A stretch of DNA of 41,122 nt from Paracoccaceae bacterium. Lineage in GTDB: Bacteria > Pseudomonadota > Alphaproteobacteria > Rhodobacterales > Rhodobacteraceae. Shown piece by piece: positions 7,997-17,353 of the stretch (position 1 is its first letter; every line of letters begins with the position of its first letter). Both the position numbers and the translations under genes were made by a program. The stretch lies in the NCBI GenBank assembly GCA_007121115.1, contig SKMI01000134.1:1-41122 (forward strand), read 5' to 3'. The notes beneath the pieces were generated by a model that saw only the letters and a program-made list of their open reading frames with translations, was not told the origin of the DNA and did no database searches.

Positions 7997-9813
7997 TGTG
8001 CGGTATTGTCGGCGTTCTGGGCAACCACGAGGTTTCGCCCATCATCCTCAACGCGCTCAAGCGGCTGGAATATCGCGGCTATGACAGCGCGGGCATCGCC
8101 ACAGTGAACGACGGCCGGCTGGACCGGCGCCGCGCGGTGGGCAAGCTGGTCAACCTGTCGGACCTGCTGGTGCATGAACCCCTGCCGGGCAAGGCCGGGA
8201 TCGGTCACACCCGCTGGGCCACCCATGGCGCGCCCACGGTCAGCAACGCGCACCCGCACGCCGCCGGGCCGGTGATGGTGGTCCACAACGGGATCATCGA
8301 GAACTTTCGCACCCTGCGCGCCGAACTGGCCGAGGACGGTGTCAATTTCGCCTCGGACACCGACAGCGAGGTGATCGTGCAACTGACCGCGCGGCATCTG
8401 GGGCAGGGGCTGGGGCCGGTCGAGGCTGCACACGCCACGCTTGCACGGCTGGAAGGCGCCTTCGCGCTGGTGTTCCTGTTCGAGGGCGAGGAGGATCTGC
8501 TGATCGGCGCACGCCGCGGCTCGCCCCTGGCGGTGGGCCTGGGCGACGGCGAGGTCTATCTGGGTTCGGACGCCATCGCGCTGGCGCCCATGACCGACCG
8601 CATCGCCTATCTGGAAGAGGGCGACATGGCCGTGCTGCGGCGCGGAAGCGTCAGCGTCACGGATCAGGCGGGCCGCCCCGTGGAGCGGCAGGCCACCCGC
8701 ATCCAGATGGACAATTATCGCGTGGACAAGGCCGGGCACCGCCATTTCATGGCCAAGGAAATCGCCGAGCAACCGGCGGTGCTGCGCGGGGCGCTGGAGT
8801 TCCACGTGCGCGCCGATGACACGCTGGACTTGCCCGAAGGCGTGGACTTCAGCGAAACGGGGCGGCTGGTGCTGGTCGCCTGCGGCACTGCCTATCTGGC
8901 CGCGCAGGTGGCGAAATACTGGTTCGAACAGATCGCCGGGCTGCCGGTGGAATGCGATATCGCGTCCGAGTTCCGCTACCGTGACCCGGTGCTGACCCCG
9001 CAGGACACCGCCATATTCATCAGCCAGTCGGGCGAAACCGCCGACACGCTGGCCGCGCTGCGCCACGTGCAGGGCCGGGTGGCGCGGGTGCTCGGCGTGG
9101 TGAACGTGCCGACCTCGACCATCGCGCGGGAAAGCGATGTGGTGCTGCCGATCCAGGCCGGGCCGGAAATCGGCGTCGCCTCGACCAAGGCGTTTACGGC
9201 GCAATTGCAGATGCTGGCGCTCTTGGCGCTCAAGGCCGGGCGCGACCGGGGGCGGCTGGATGCCGCCGGGCTGGCCGCGCATCTGCAGACGCTGCGCAGC
9301 CTCCCCGGCTTCGTGGCGCAGGCACTGGACCGCGATGGCGAGATCGCGCGCATCGCCGCGCGGCTCTCCGAAGCCACCGACGTTCTGTTTCTGGGTCGTG
9401 GGCCGATGTTTCCGCTGGCGCTGGAAGCGGCGCTGAAATTGAAGGAAATCACCTACATCCACGCCGAGGGCTATGCCTCGGGCGAGTTGAAGCACGGCCC
9501 CATCGCGCTGATCGAGCCCGACGTGCCGGTGGTGGTCATGGCCCCGCGCGACCGGCTGTTCGACAAGACCGTGTCCAACATGCAGGAAGTCTTGGCCCGG
9601 CAGGGTCCGGTGGTGCTGATCTCGGATCACGCCGGGCTGGCCGAGGCCGGGGCCGAGGCGCAGCACCGGCTGGCCATGCCCACGGTGCCGGACCTGATCG
9701 CGCCCATGGTCTATGCCATTCCGGCGCAGCTTCTGGCCTATCACACGGCGGTCCAGCGCGGCACCGATGTGGACCAGCCGCGCAATCTGGCGAAATCCGT
9801 CACCGTGGAGTGA
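7996..9813 (+). CDS. glmS: Glutamine--fructose-6-phosphate transaminase (isomerizing)
   Basis: MCGIVG, LEYRGYDSAG, GHTRWATHG, HNGIIEN, SQSGETADT, VASTKAF, ELKHGP, C-terminal DQPRNLAKSVTVE. Confidence 0.99.
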   Translation: MCGIVGVLGNHEVSPIILNALKRLEYRGYDSAGIATVNDGRLDRRRAVGKLVNLSDLLVHEPLPGKAGIGHTRWATHGAPTVSNAHPHAAGPVMVVHNGIIENFRTLRAELAEDGVNFASDTDSEVIVQLTARHLGQGLGPVEAAHATLARLEGAFALVFLFEGEEDLLIGARRGSPLAVGLGDGEVYLGSDAIALAPMTDRIAYLEEGDMAVLRRGSVSVTDQAGRPVERQATRIQMDNYRVDKAGHRHFMAKEIAEQPAVLRGALEFHVRADDTLDLPEGVDFSETGRLVLVACGTAYLAAQVAKYWFEQIAGLPVECDIASEFRYRDPVLTPQDTAIFISQSGETADTLAALRHVQGRVARVLGVVNVPTSTIARESDVVLPIQAGPEIGVASTKAFTAQLQMLALLALKAGRDRGRLDAAGLAAHLQTLRSLPGFVAQALDRDGEIARIAARLSEATDVLFLGRGPMFPLALEAALKLKEITYIHAEGYASGELKHGPIALIEPDVPVVVMAPRDRLFDKTVSNMQEVLARQGPVVLISDHAGLAEAGAEAQHRLAMPTVPDLIAPMVYAIPAQLLAYHTAVQRGTDVDQPRNLAKSVTVE

Positions 9814-9852
9814 GGCGTTTCCCTGCAGGACGCGGGCGCTATCCCGGTGGCG

Positions 9853-11247
9853 TCACACCTGCGCAGGCGGGCGGATGAAGCGCCCGGCGCCGGGGGCGCC
9901 GGTGATCTCGCCGTTCGCAAACACCGTGCGCCCGGCCAGGATGGTGCGCACCACCTTGCCGCGCATCCGGCGCCCCGCGAAGAGCTGCGCGCAGTCACGG
10001 GCGTTGGTGTGCAGCGTCTCGGGGGTGATCACGGTTTCGGCCGCCGGGTCCACCAGCGTGATGTCGGCATGGCTGCCGGGCAGCAGCGCGCCCTTGCGCG
10101 GCCAGATACCGTAGCGCCGCGCGCCGTTGGCGCACAGAAGGTCATGCGCGGCCTTCAGGCTCAGCCGCCCCGCCGCCACCGCGTCCAGCATGGCGGGCAG
10201 CATGAACTCGATCCCCGGCGCGCCGGGCGGGGCGGCGGGGAAATTGCCAATCGACGCGGCTTTCTCGGCGCGCGAGAACGGGGCGTGGTCAGTGGTGACA
10301 TGGGTGATCACCCCGTCGGCGATGGCCTGCCACAGCGCGTCCTGATCGGCCTGGCTACGGATCGGCGGGTTCACCTTGCCGTAGACGCCGGCGCGGGCGA
10401 CATCGGCTTCGGTGGCGAACAGGTATTGCGGGCAGGTCTCGGCGGTGAAGTCCGAGGTGCCGGCGAAGGCACGCAGCACCGCCACCGTGGCCGCGCTGGT
10501 CACATGGGCGATGTGCAGCCTGGCACGCGCGGTGATGTTCATGGCCAGAAGCTGGGCGACGGACACCGCCTCGCAGATCGCGGGGCGGCTGGCGTTGTGG
10601 GTGGCGGCGTCGGCGGGGTCCAGCGCCTCGGCCAGCGCGCCGTAATATGCCAGCAGGGCGGCGTCTTCGGCGTGGACGACGATGGGCCGGTCGGTCGCCG
10701 CCGCCAGTTCCAGCGCGTGCAACTGCTCTGCCGCGCCGGGCAGCGCCAGCCCGTCGAATTCATCCGCGCGCCCCGGCGGGGCGGGCGTAGTGAAGATCTT
10801 GAAGGCGATGGCCCCCTCGGCCAGCATCGCGTCGCGGCTGGCCTCGGTCAGGTCGCCGGGGGCGACGTAGAGCCCGAAATCCACCACCGCGTTTTCGGCG
10901 AAGTGGTCGCGGCGGCGGACCAGTTCCTCGGGCGTGGCGCAGCAGGGTTTCGAGATCGGCATCTCGAAGATCGTCGTCACGCCCCCGGCCGCCGCCGCGC
11001 GGGTTTCGGACTGCACCGTGCCGCGTTCGGGGTAGGCCGGCGCGCGGACGTGGAAATGAATATCCACAAGGCCCGGCAGCACCTGCAACCCGGCGGCGTC
11101 GATGACCTCACGCGCCTCGGGTGCGGTGCCGGGGGCATAGACCCCCGCCACGGTCCCATCAGCGGCGACGCCCAGATCGACCCGGTGCAGCCCGTCGGGC
11201 AGCAGCACCTCGCCGCCCCGGACCAGAGCCGAAAGCGCCGCGCTCAT
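9853..11247 (-). CDS. Cyclic amidohydrolase (dihydroorotase/allantoinase/hydantoinase family)
   Basis: DIHFH, AAAGGVTT, FKIF (carbamylated Lys), VHAED, HIAHV, ETCPQYL, KVNPPIR, TDHAP, KGALLPGSHADI; binuclear metal ligands intact. Confidence 0.88.
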   Translation of the reverse strand: MSAALSALVRGGEVLLPDGLHRVDLGVAADGTVAGVYAPGTAPEAREVIDAAGLQVLPGLVDIHFHVRAPAYPERGTVQSETRAAAAGGVTTIFEMPISKPCCATPEELVRRRDHFAENAVVDFGLYVAPGDLTEASRDAMLAEGAIAFKIFTTPAPPGRADEFDGLALPGAAEQLHALELAAATDRPIVVHAEDAALLAYYGALAEALDPADAATHNASRPAICEAVSVAQLLAMNITARARLHIAHVTSAATVAVLRAFAGTSDFTAETCPQYLFATEADVARAGVYGKVNPPIRSQADQDALWQAIADGVITHVTTDHAPFSRAEKAASIGNFPAAPPGAPGIEFMLPAMLDAVAAGRLSLKAAHDLLCANGARRYGIWPRKGALLPGSHADITLVDPAAETVITPETLHTNARDCAQLFAGRRMRGKVVRTILAGRTVFANGEITGAPGAGRFIRPPAQV

Positions 11248-12668
11248 GTCTTCAGGCCCAGCTCACGCAGCGCCTTGGCCACGCCGTCCAGATTGGTCAG
11301 GTGCATCGAGGCATAGTTGGGCGACAGCACCACCCCGTGCCCGCCCGCGCGATAGGTGGCCATAACCGAGCGATAGGCGATATCGGGCGTGCATTTCGCC
11401 TGATCGGCGCGCACGCGCGGCGCGTCGATCCCCAGCCCCATGAACACCTTCGCGCGCCCATGCACGCCGCGCAGGGCATCGGCGCATTGGCCGTGGACAT
11501 AGGTGTCGGGGTCCATCCCGGTCTGGATGACCTGATCCAGCGGTGCCTCGTTCAACCCCAGGATGCCCTGCATCACCGCCGCCGCCGTCACCGGGTCGAA
11601 GTCTCGCAGGATGGTCTTGTGGAAGAAGCCGAATTCCTTGTGCCAGATCTCGCCCGACTGGTGCTGATAGGTGATGGGCTTCACCCAGTCGGCATACATG
11701 GTCTGTTCCGCCCATGGCCATTGCGCGCGGCGGAACAGGTTGAAATGGTTGCGGTTCCAGACGTTCAGGCCAAAGGGCAGGGTGGGCTTGCACCACTTGA
11801 CCATGCCGTAAAGCTCGCGGTCCAGGTCCTTGTTCCGCTCCAGCCAGAAGCGCTCCCAGATCAGGATTTCGGGGTGCTGCATCAGGATGCGCAGGAAGGT
11901 GATGAAGGCGCCGTCGTCGAAGTCCTCGCCCGCCCGCGCGGCCTGCATGAACTCGTGCATCACGATCAGCGCGCGGCGGCAGGCTTCCACGTCGATGCCG
12001 CGCGCCACCGCCTCGGCCCGCGCGGCGTCCGAGAAATCGCCCGGCGCTTGCCCCTGCATCATCTGATCAAGCGGCGAGTTCCGCTCGTTGCACCACATGA
12101 TCCCGTCGATGTCGTAGTTGCGGACCTGATCCTCGATGATGCCGTGAATCCAGCGCCGGTAATCGGGGTTGGAGGTCGAGGGCTCGTCCTTGTGCCGCCC
12201 GTAGACGTCGATTTCCAGACACTGGGCAAGGTTGGGGATCTCGATGCTGTTGACCGACCCGTGGCCTGCGTATTTGAAGAACGGCTCCATCAATTCGACA
12301 TAGACCTGCATCCCGCGCGCATGGGCTGCCGGGATGACCATTTCCAGAATGTCCTTGCCCTCGAACTCGGGGTCCTTGGCGCGGAAATCCTTGATCAGCG
12401 TGTTCTGGAAATAGCGCGGGTCCGGGTTGTAATAGGCCCCGCCCTTCATCGAGAACGGCTCGGGGACACCATGGTCCGGCCAGCCGTCCAGTTCGTGGCT
12501 GATCGAGCGGCCCGTCTTCAGCCCAAGCCACGAAACGGTGCCCAGCATCAGCACATTGACGCCGACACGGTTCTGCAGCGTGTCCAGCACGGTCTCCACG
12601 CCCTCATCGATGAAGCTGATCGGGCTGATCTGTATGCCGACGAATTTTTCGTTTGGATCGGGGGTCAT
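11244..12668 (-). CDS. Hypothetical protein, predicted glycoside-hydrolase-like TIM barrel (GHL10/DUF187-like)
   Basis: Operon-coupled 474-aa ORF. AHARGMQVY and NPDYRRWIHGIIEDQVRNYDIDGIMWCNER resemble the GHL10-like core; no signal peptide visible. Confidence 0.55.
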   Translation of the reverse strand: MTPDPNEKFVGIQISPISFIDEGVETVLDTLQNRVGVNVLMLGTVSWLGLKTGRSISHELDGWPDHGVPEPFSMKGGAYYNPDPRYFQNTLIKDFRAKDPEFEGKDILEMVIPAAHARGMQVYVELMEPFFKYAGHGSVNSIEIPNLAQCLEIDVYGRHKDEPSTSNPDYRRWIHGIIEDQVRNYDIDGIMWCNERNSPLDQMMQGQAPGDFSDAARAEAVARGIDVEACRRALIVMHEFMQAARAGEDFDDGAFITFLRILMQHPEILIWERFWLERNKDLDRELYGMVKWCKPTLPFGLNVWNRNHFNLFRRAQWPWAEQTMYADWVKPITYQHQSGEIWHKEFGFFHKTILRDFDPVTAAAVMQGILGLNEAPLDQVIQTGMDPDTYVHGQCADALRGVHGRAKVFMGLGIDAPRVRADQAKCTPDIAYRSVMATYRAGGHGVVLSPNYASMHLTNLDGVAKALRELGLKT

Positions 12669-13846
12669 GCGGCGTCCTTTCTGCTGTCGATGAAGCCCTG
12701 GATCAGGCCCATGGCTTCCTTGATCAGCGGCAGCGGCTGCAGGTAGCTGATGCGGATGTAATCGGCGCTGTCATCGCCGAACATGGTGCCGGGGAAGACC
12801 ATCACCCCGGTTTCGCGCAACAGCCCCTCGCAGAACTCGGGCGCGGTCATGCCTGTGCTGGAGATGTTGGTGTAGATGTAGAAGGCACCGCCGGGCGCCC
12901 CGTAGCTCAGCCCCGCCGCGCTCAGCGCCTCCATCAGCCAGGCGCGGCGTTCGGCGTAGGCGTCATACATCATCTGCATGTCATCCTGCGGCCCGGTCAG
13001 CGCCGCCAGCGCCGCGTGCTGCGATACCGTGCAGGTGTTGATCGACAGCGTGTGCCGGGGTTCGGTCAGCTTGTCCACGAAGTCGCGCGGCGCGGCCATG
13101 TAGCCGACGCGCCAGCCGGTCATGGCATAGGTCTTGGAGAACCCGTTCAGCGTGATGGTGCGCGCCTTCATCCCCGGCAGGGTGGCGAACGACAGATGCT
13201 CATGCGGGGGGTAGATCAGCTTGGCGTAGATCTCGTCGGCGATGATCAGGATGTCGTGCTTCTCGGCCAGTGCCGCGATCTGGCGGATCACGTCCGGCGG
13301 CGTGACCGCGCCGGTGGGGTTGTTGGGCGAAACCAGCACGAACATCTTGGTCTTCGGCGTGATGCGCGCCTCGATCTCGGCGACATCCAGTGCAAAATCG
13401 TCCCTCTCGAAGGTCGGCACCGGGATTGGCACGCCCCCGCACAGGTGCACCGCCGTGTCATAGGTGGTGAACCGGGGCGAGGTGATCAGCACCTCGTCGC
13501 CTTCGGAGATCAGGCCGAGCATGCAGAGCATGATCGATTCCTGCACGCCCGCGGTGACGATGATCTCGTTCGCGTCATAATCCAGCCCGTATTCGCCGCG
13601 CAGGTTCGCGGCGATGGCTTGCCGCAGCGCGGGCAGGCCAGTAGGGCCGGTGTAATGGTGCTGGTTGTCGTCGATGGCAGCCTTGGCGGCCTCGGCGATG
13701 TGCCCGGGCGTGTGGAAGTCCGGATCGCCCCGGCCCAGCGCGATCACGCGCGGCAGGTCGGCGGCGATGGCCAGCATTTTCGAGCGGAAGGCGCCGTCCT
13801 CCTCGACAATGCGGGGGGCAAGGCGGTCGTGCAGAAGCGATGTCAT
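12665..13846 (-). CDS. PLP-dependent aminotransferase class I/II
   Basis: LGRGDPDF, GLPALRQAIA, SPNNPTG, DEIY, SKTYAMTGWRVG, YIRISY. Confidence 0.93.
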   Translation of the reverse strand: MTSLLHDRLAPRIVEEDGAFRSKMLAIAADLPRVIALGRGDPDFHTPGHIAEAAKAAIDDNQHHYTGPTGLPALRQAIAANLRGEYGLDYDANEIIVTAGVQESIMLCMLGLISEGDEVLITSPRFTTYDTAVHLCGGVPIPVPTFERDDFALDVAEIEARITPKTKMFVLVSPNNPTGAVTPPDVIRQIAALAEKHDILIIADEIYAKLIYPPHEHLSFATLPGMKARTITLNGFSKTYAMTGWRVGYMAAPRDFVDKLTEPRHTLSINTCTVSQHAALAALTGPQDDMQMMYDAYAERRAWLMEALSAAGLSYGAPGGAFYIYTNISSTGMTAPEFCEGLLRETGVMVFPGTMFGDDSADYIRISYLQPLPLIKEAMGLIQGFIDSRKDAA

Positions 13847-13849
13847 GGC

Positions 13850-15088
13850 TCAGTGCATCCTCTTGCCGTCGATGAAGGTCATCTGGACCCGGCGCAGGGC
13901 GTCCAGGTCATGGTCGGGCTTGCCGTCCACCACGATCAGGTCGGCGAGTTTGCCCGCCTCCAGCGTGCCCAGCTTGTCGCCCATGCCGTTCAGCACGGCG
14001 GCGCGGGCGGTGATGGCGCGCAGGGCGTCCATGTTGTCCGGGCAGACGCCGACCTCGACCATGAAGCCCAGTTCGGGGACGATCTGGTCATGCTCCACCG
14101 CCGGGCTGCCGGCATCGGTGCCGAAGATGATGGGCACGCCGGCCCTGGCCGCGCGGACCAGCCCGTCGAAACGGGTCTTGTCCGCCACCGCGCGCTGGCG
14201 CTCGGCGATCTTCCATTCCGGGATGCCAAAGGCGCGGGCGATGTCCGGGTTGGCTTGGATCACCAGCGCCGAGAAGGTGGTGACGATGGGGATCTTCTTG
14301 TCCAGCAGCAGCTGGATGGTGGCGTCGCTCATGGATCCGCCGTGCTCCACGCAATCGATGCCGAAGCGCGCCACGCGTTCGATGCAGGCGTCATAGGTCG
14401 CGTGCGCGGTGATCGGCAGGCGGTTGCGGTGGGTTTCGTCGATCACGGCTTCAAGCTCCGCATCGGTGAATTCCAGCGTGTCGTGGCAGGCCATGATCTT
14501 GATCAGGTCGGCGCCGCCCTTCACCTGCTCGCGCACCGCGCGGCGCATCTCGTCCGCGCCGCTGGCCTCGCGGCAGACCCAGTAGGTGTGGCCGCCGGTC
14601 TGGATGATCGCCGCGCCCGAGACCAGCAGCCGCGGCCCCGGAAAGATGCCCTGCGCCACCGCCTGCTTGGTGAACAGGTTGGCGTCATGCACGCCCAGAT
14701 CGCGGACCACCGTGATGCCCGCACGCAGGCTTTTCAGCATGTTACCGGCGGCCTTGTAGGCGCGGATTTCCGGGCTGTCGAACATGGATTGCTGCGAGAG
14801 TTCGTGGATACCGTCCCAGCTCAGATGCGCGTGGCTGTTCATCATGCCGGGCATGATCGTCTTGCCGCCGGTGTCGATGGTCTCGGTGCCGTCGGGGGCT
14901 GGGGGCATGTCGGCGCGCGGGCCGACAGCGGTAATCTTGCTGCCCTCGGTCATCACGAAGCCGTTCTCGATCGGTCCGGCGTCAGAGCACGGCAGCACCC
15001 GGCCCAGAAACACGCGCGGCGGGGGCGCGGGCGGGTCGAACATCGGCTTGGTGATCTTCTGGTATTTCCAGGCGGCGGGTTCGGGCAT
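13850..15088 (-). CDS. Metal-dependent amidohydrolase (Xaa-Pro dipeptidase / N-acyl-amino-acid carboxypeptidase-like, cd01299 type)
   Basis: Start placed at ATG 15088 after an AGGAG RBS. PGMMNSHAH, GITVVRDLG, GPRLLVSG, GGH, GADLIKIM, AHA, EHG, GTDAG, GKLADLIVVDG. Confidence 0.85.
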   Translation of the reverse strand: MPEPAAWKYQKITKPMFDPPAPPPRVFLGRVLPCSDAGPIENGFVMTEGSKITAVGPRADMPPAPDGTETIDTGGKTIMPGMMNSHAHLSWDGIHELSQQSMFDSPEIRAYKAAGNMLKSLRAGITVVRDLGVHDANLFTKQAVAQGIFPGPRLLVSGAAIIQTGGHTYWVCREASGADEMRRAVREQVKGGADLIKIMACHDTLEFTDAELEAVIDETHRNRLPITAHATYDACIERVARFGIDCVEHGGSMSDATIQLLLDKKIPIVTTFSALVIQANPDIARAFGIPEWKIAERQRAVADKTRFDGLVRAARAGVPIIFGTDAGSPAVEHDQIVPELGFMVEVGVCPDNMDALRAITARAAVLNGMGDKLGTLEAGKLADLIVVDGKPDHDLDALRRVQMTFIDGKRMH

Positions 15089-15104
15089 GGGGTGCTCCTG
15101 TGGT

Positions 15105-16268
15105 TCAGAGGGCGATGACGCGGTCGGCGGGCGGGACAAGCGCCTGAAAGCGCGAGGGAACCTCGGCGCCGCCGCTGTCGGTGACGATCATGGTGTTGAT
15201 GGCGCGGTAGCCGTCGATCTCGGGGCGATACACCCCGGGTTCGTTGGAAAACACCATGCTGGCCGTCAGTTCGGTGGCGTCGCCGGGGGCCAGCCAGGGG
15301 GCTTCGTGCCCTTCCAGCCCCATGCCGTGGCCGATGCGGTGGCGGATGGTGTCACTCAGCCCGGCGTCGCGCAGGGCGTCCAGCGCGGCGGTGTTGACGG
15401 CTTCACAGTGCGCGCCGGGGCGGGCGGTGTCCACGGCGGCGTCGTTGCAGGCGGTCATGGCGGCCATGATCCGGGCCTGTTCGGGCGACGGCTCGCCCAG
15501 GATGAAGGTGGCGCCGCTTTCGGCGTGGTAGCCGCCAAGGCTCGCGCCGATCCCGGCGATCAGCGTCTCGCCCGGTTGCGGGGCGCGGCGCAGCACCGCA
15601 CCGTGGGGCAGGGCGGCGCGGGGCCCTGAATGGACCGTGGCGGTGATGCCCATCTTGGTGCCCGCAAAGGCTGCGCCATGGGCGGCGAAGAGGGCGTTGC
15701 GCGCATGCGTCATGCCATCGGCCAGCAGGTCCTGTTCGGTGCCGCCCTGCGTGATGATGTCGGCGCCCGCTGCGCGCAACCGGTGCAGGAAGGCATCGGC
15801 GTAGCTGGCGGCGGCGCGGGTCAGGGCCAGTTCCTCGGGGGTCTTGAGATACCGCGCCTCCATCGCGTGGTCGCGCAGGTCCAGCCGGGTGAGCCGCGCC
15901 TGCGCGCGCTCCAGCAACCGCGCCTCCAGCGCGTCGATGCCGACTTTGCGGCGGCCGATCTCGTCCAGCATCCACAGCACAGGGTGCGTGGTGCCGGGAA
16001 ACTCGTCATAAAGCCGCAGATCGGCGATCCCGGCGGTTTCTGCGTTCTCGCGCTCCAGTTCCGGCATGAACAGGACCGGATCGCCCGTGACCGGCACCCA
16101 GACCGCCATGGGGCGTTCGTTCGGGGTCAGGAAGAGCCCCGTGGCATAGGTCAGATTGGCCCCGCGCGTCAGTAGCAGCCCATCGAGCCCCGCCGCCTGC
16201 GCCCGCGCCCGCAGCCGGTCGCGGGCGGCCGCGTGCCAATCCGGTGACAGGGGTGCCAGCGCGATCAT
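15105..16268 (-). CDS. M24 (pita-bread fold) protein, Xaa-Pro peptidase/creatinase/ectoine-hydrolase-like
   Basis: Creatinase_N-like N-terminus; KTPEEL, SGPRAALPHG, HRIGHGMGLEGHEAP, SNEPGVY. Several metal ligands are substituted (see findings). Confidence 0.85.
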   Translation of the reverse strand: MIALAPLSPDWHAAARDRLRARAQAAGLDGLLLTRGANLTYATGLFLTPNERPMAVWVPVTGDPVLFMPELERENAETAGIADLRLYDEFPGTTHPVLWMLDEIGRRKVGIDALEARLLERAQARLTRLDLRDHAMEARYLKTPEELALTRAAASYADAFLHRLRAAGADIITQGGTEQDLLADGMTHARNALFAAHGAAFAGTKMGITATVHSGPRAALPHGAVLRRAPQPGETLIAGIGASLGGYHAESGATFILGEPSPEQARIMAAMTACNDAAVDTARPGAHCEAVNTAALDALRDAGLSDTIRHRIGHGMGLEGHEAPWLAPGDATELTASMVFSNEPGVYRPEIDGYRAINTMIVTDSGGAEVPSRFQALVPPADRVIAL

Positions 16269-17353
16269 GGCATCGCCCCGTCCCAGGGGCCCAGCACGGT
16301 GAGTTCGGCGCTCAACCCCAGCTCGCCCCGCAGCGCCTGCAGGTCGGCGAGGACCACATCATCCAGCGGCACGCCGTCCGCCGATTTCGCCGCCACGCGC
16401 CGGGCTTCCTGCTCGCCCGGGATCAGGATTTCATCGAAACCCGGGCGCAGGGCGCGGGTTTTCACCATGTCGGCGAACTGGCCCATGCGGGTCTCGAACT
16501 CCGGCATCTCCATGAACCAGCCGATGTCGATGGCGGTGAAGCTGTGCGAAACGTCCAGCCGCATGGGGTCGGCATAGGGTGTCAGCCCGAACCCGCCGCC
16601 CGCCAGCACACCGGTCAGCACATCGGTCATGAAGGCCAGCCCATACCCCTTGTGCCCGCCGATACCCAGCAGCGCGCCCTTCATGGCGGCGCCGGGGTCG
16701 TCGGTTTCATGCCCGTCCGGCGTCAGCGCCCAGTCCAGCGGCATCTTGCGCCCCTCGCGCAGGTACCAGTTCATCATCCCCTTGCCGGCGGTGGTGATGG
16801 CGATGTCGAGCACCGCCGGAAAGCCCTTGTCGGTGGGTGCGGCGATGGACCAGGGGTTGGTGCCGACCGCGCCCTCGCGCCCGCCCCAGGGGGCCATTTC
16901 GGGGCCTGCGTTGGTATAGGCGATGCCGATGCAGCCATGCTCCAGCGCCTGACAGGCATGCACGGCGCTGGAGCCATAATGCGTGGAGTTGCGCACCAGC
17001 ACCGTGCCGATGCCGCCCTCCTTGGCCTTGGTGATGGCCAGCCGCATCGCCTTGGCCGCCGCCACGGTGCCGATGCCGTTGTGGGCATCCACCAGCGCCA
17101 GGGCGGGGCCTTCCTTGATCACCTCCCACGGGGCGCGCGTGTTCACCTCTCCCTTGGCGATCCGCTGCTGATAGCGGCGCAGGCGCGACACACCCTGTCC
17201 CTGCCCGGGGTGAAAGCGCAGTTCGGAGAAGATCAGCGCATCGGCGAAGATGCCCGCATCCTCGGGTGTCAGGCCCAGTTTCTCGAACGCCTCGGCCACC
17301 AACGCGCGCAGGCCCGCCTGTTCGACGCGGGTCATGGCGATGGGGGCGCTCAT
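16265..17353 (-). CDS. Ldh_2 family oxidoreductase (AllD/ComC/DpkA-like)
   Basis: VDAHNGIG, VRNSTHYG, GTNPWSIAAP, LDIA, GGHKGYGLA, IPGE. Confidence 0.9.
   Translation of the reverse strand: MSAPIAMTRVEQAGLRALVAEAFEKLGLTPEDAGIFADALIFSELRFHPGQGQGVSRLRRYQQRIAKGEVNTRAPWEVIKEGPALALVDAHNGIGTVAAAKAMRLAITKAKEGGIGTVLVRNSTHYGSSAVHACQALEHGCIGIAYTNAGPEMAPWGGREGAVGTNPWSIAAPTDKGFPAVLDIAITTAGKGMMNWYLREGRKMPLDWALTPDGHETDDPGAAMKGALLGIGGHKGYGLAFMTDVLTGVLAGGGFGLTPYADPMRLDVSHSFTAIDIGWFMEMPEFETRMGQFADMVKTRALRPGFDEILIPGEQEARRVAAKSADGVPLDDVVLADLQALRGELGLSAELTVLGPWDGAMP

Noticed and set aside
9814-9852. Tn7 transposon end downstream of glmS
   Set aside because: No TGT-initiated end, no repeated TnsB-binding sites and no tns genes in the window.
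9853-11247. Calling this gene pyrC or allB
   Set aside because: The motifs support only the superfamily; there is no pyrB or purine-catabolism context, and the substrate cannot be read from the sequence.
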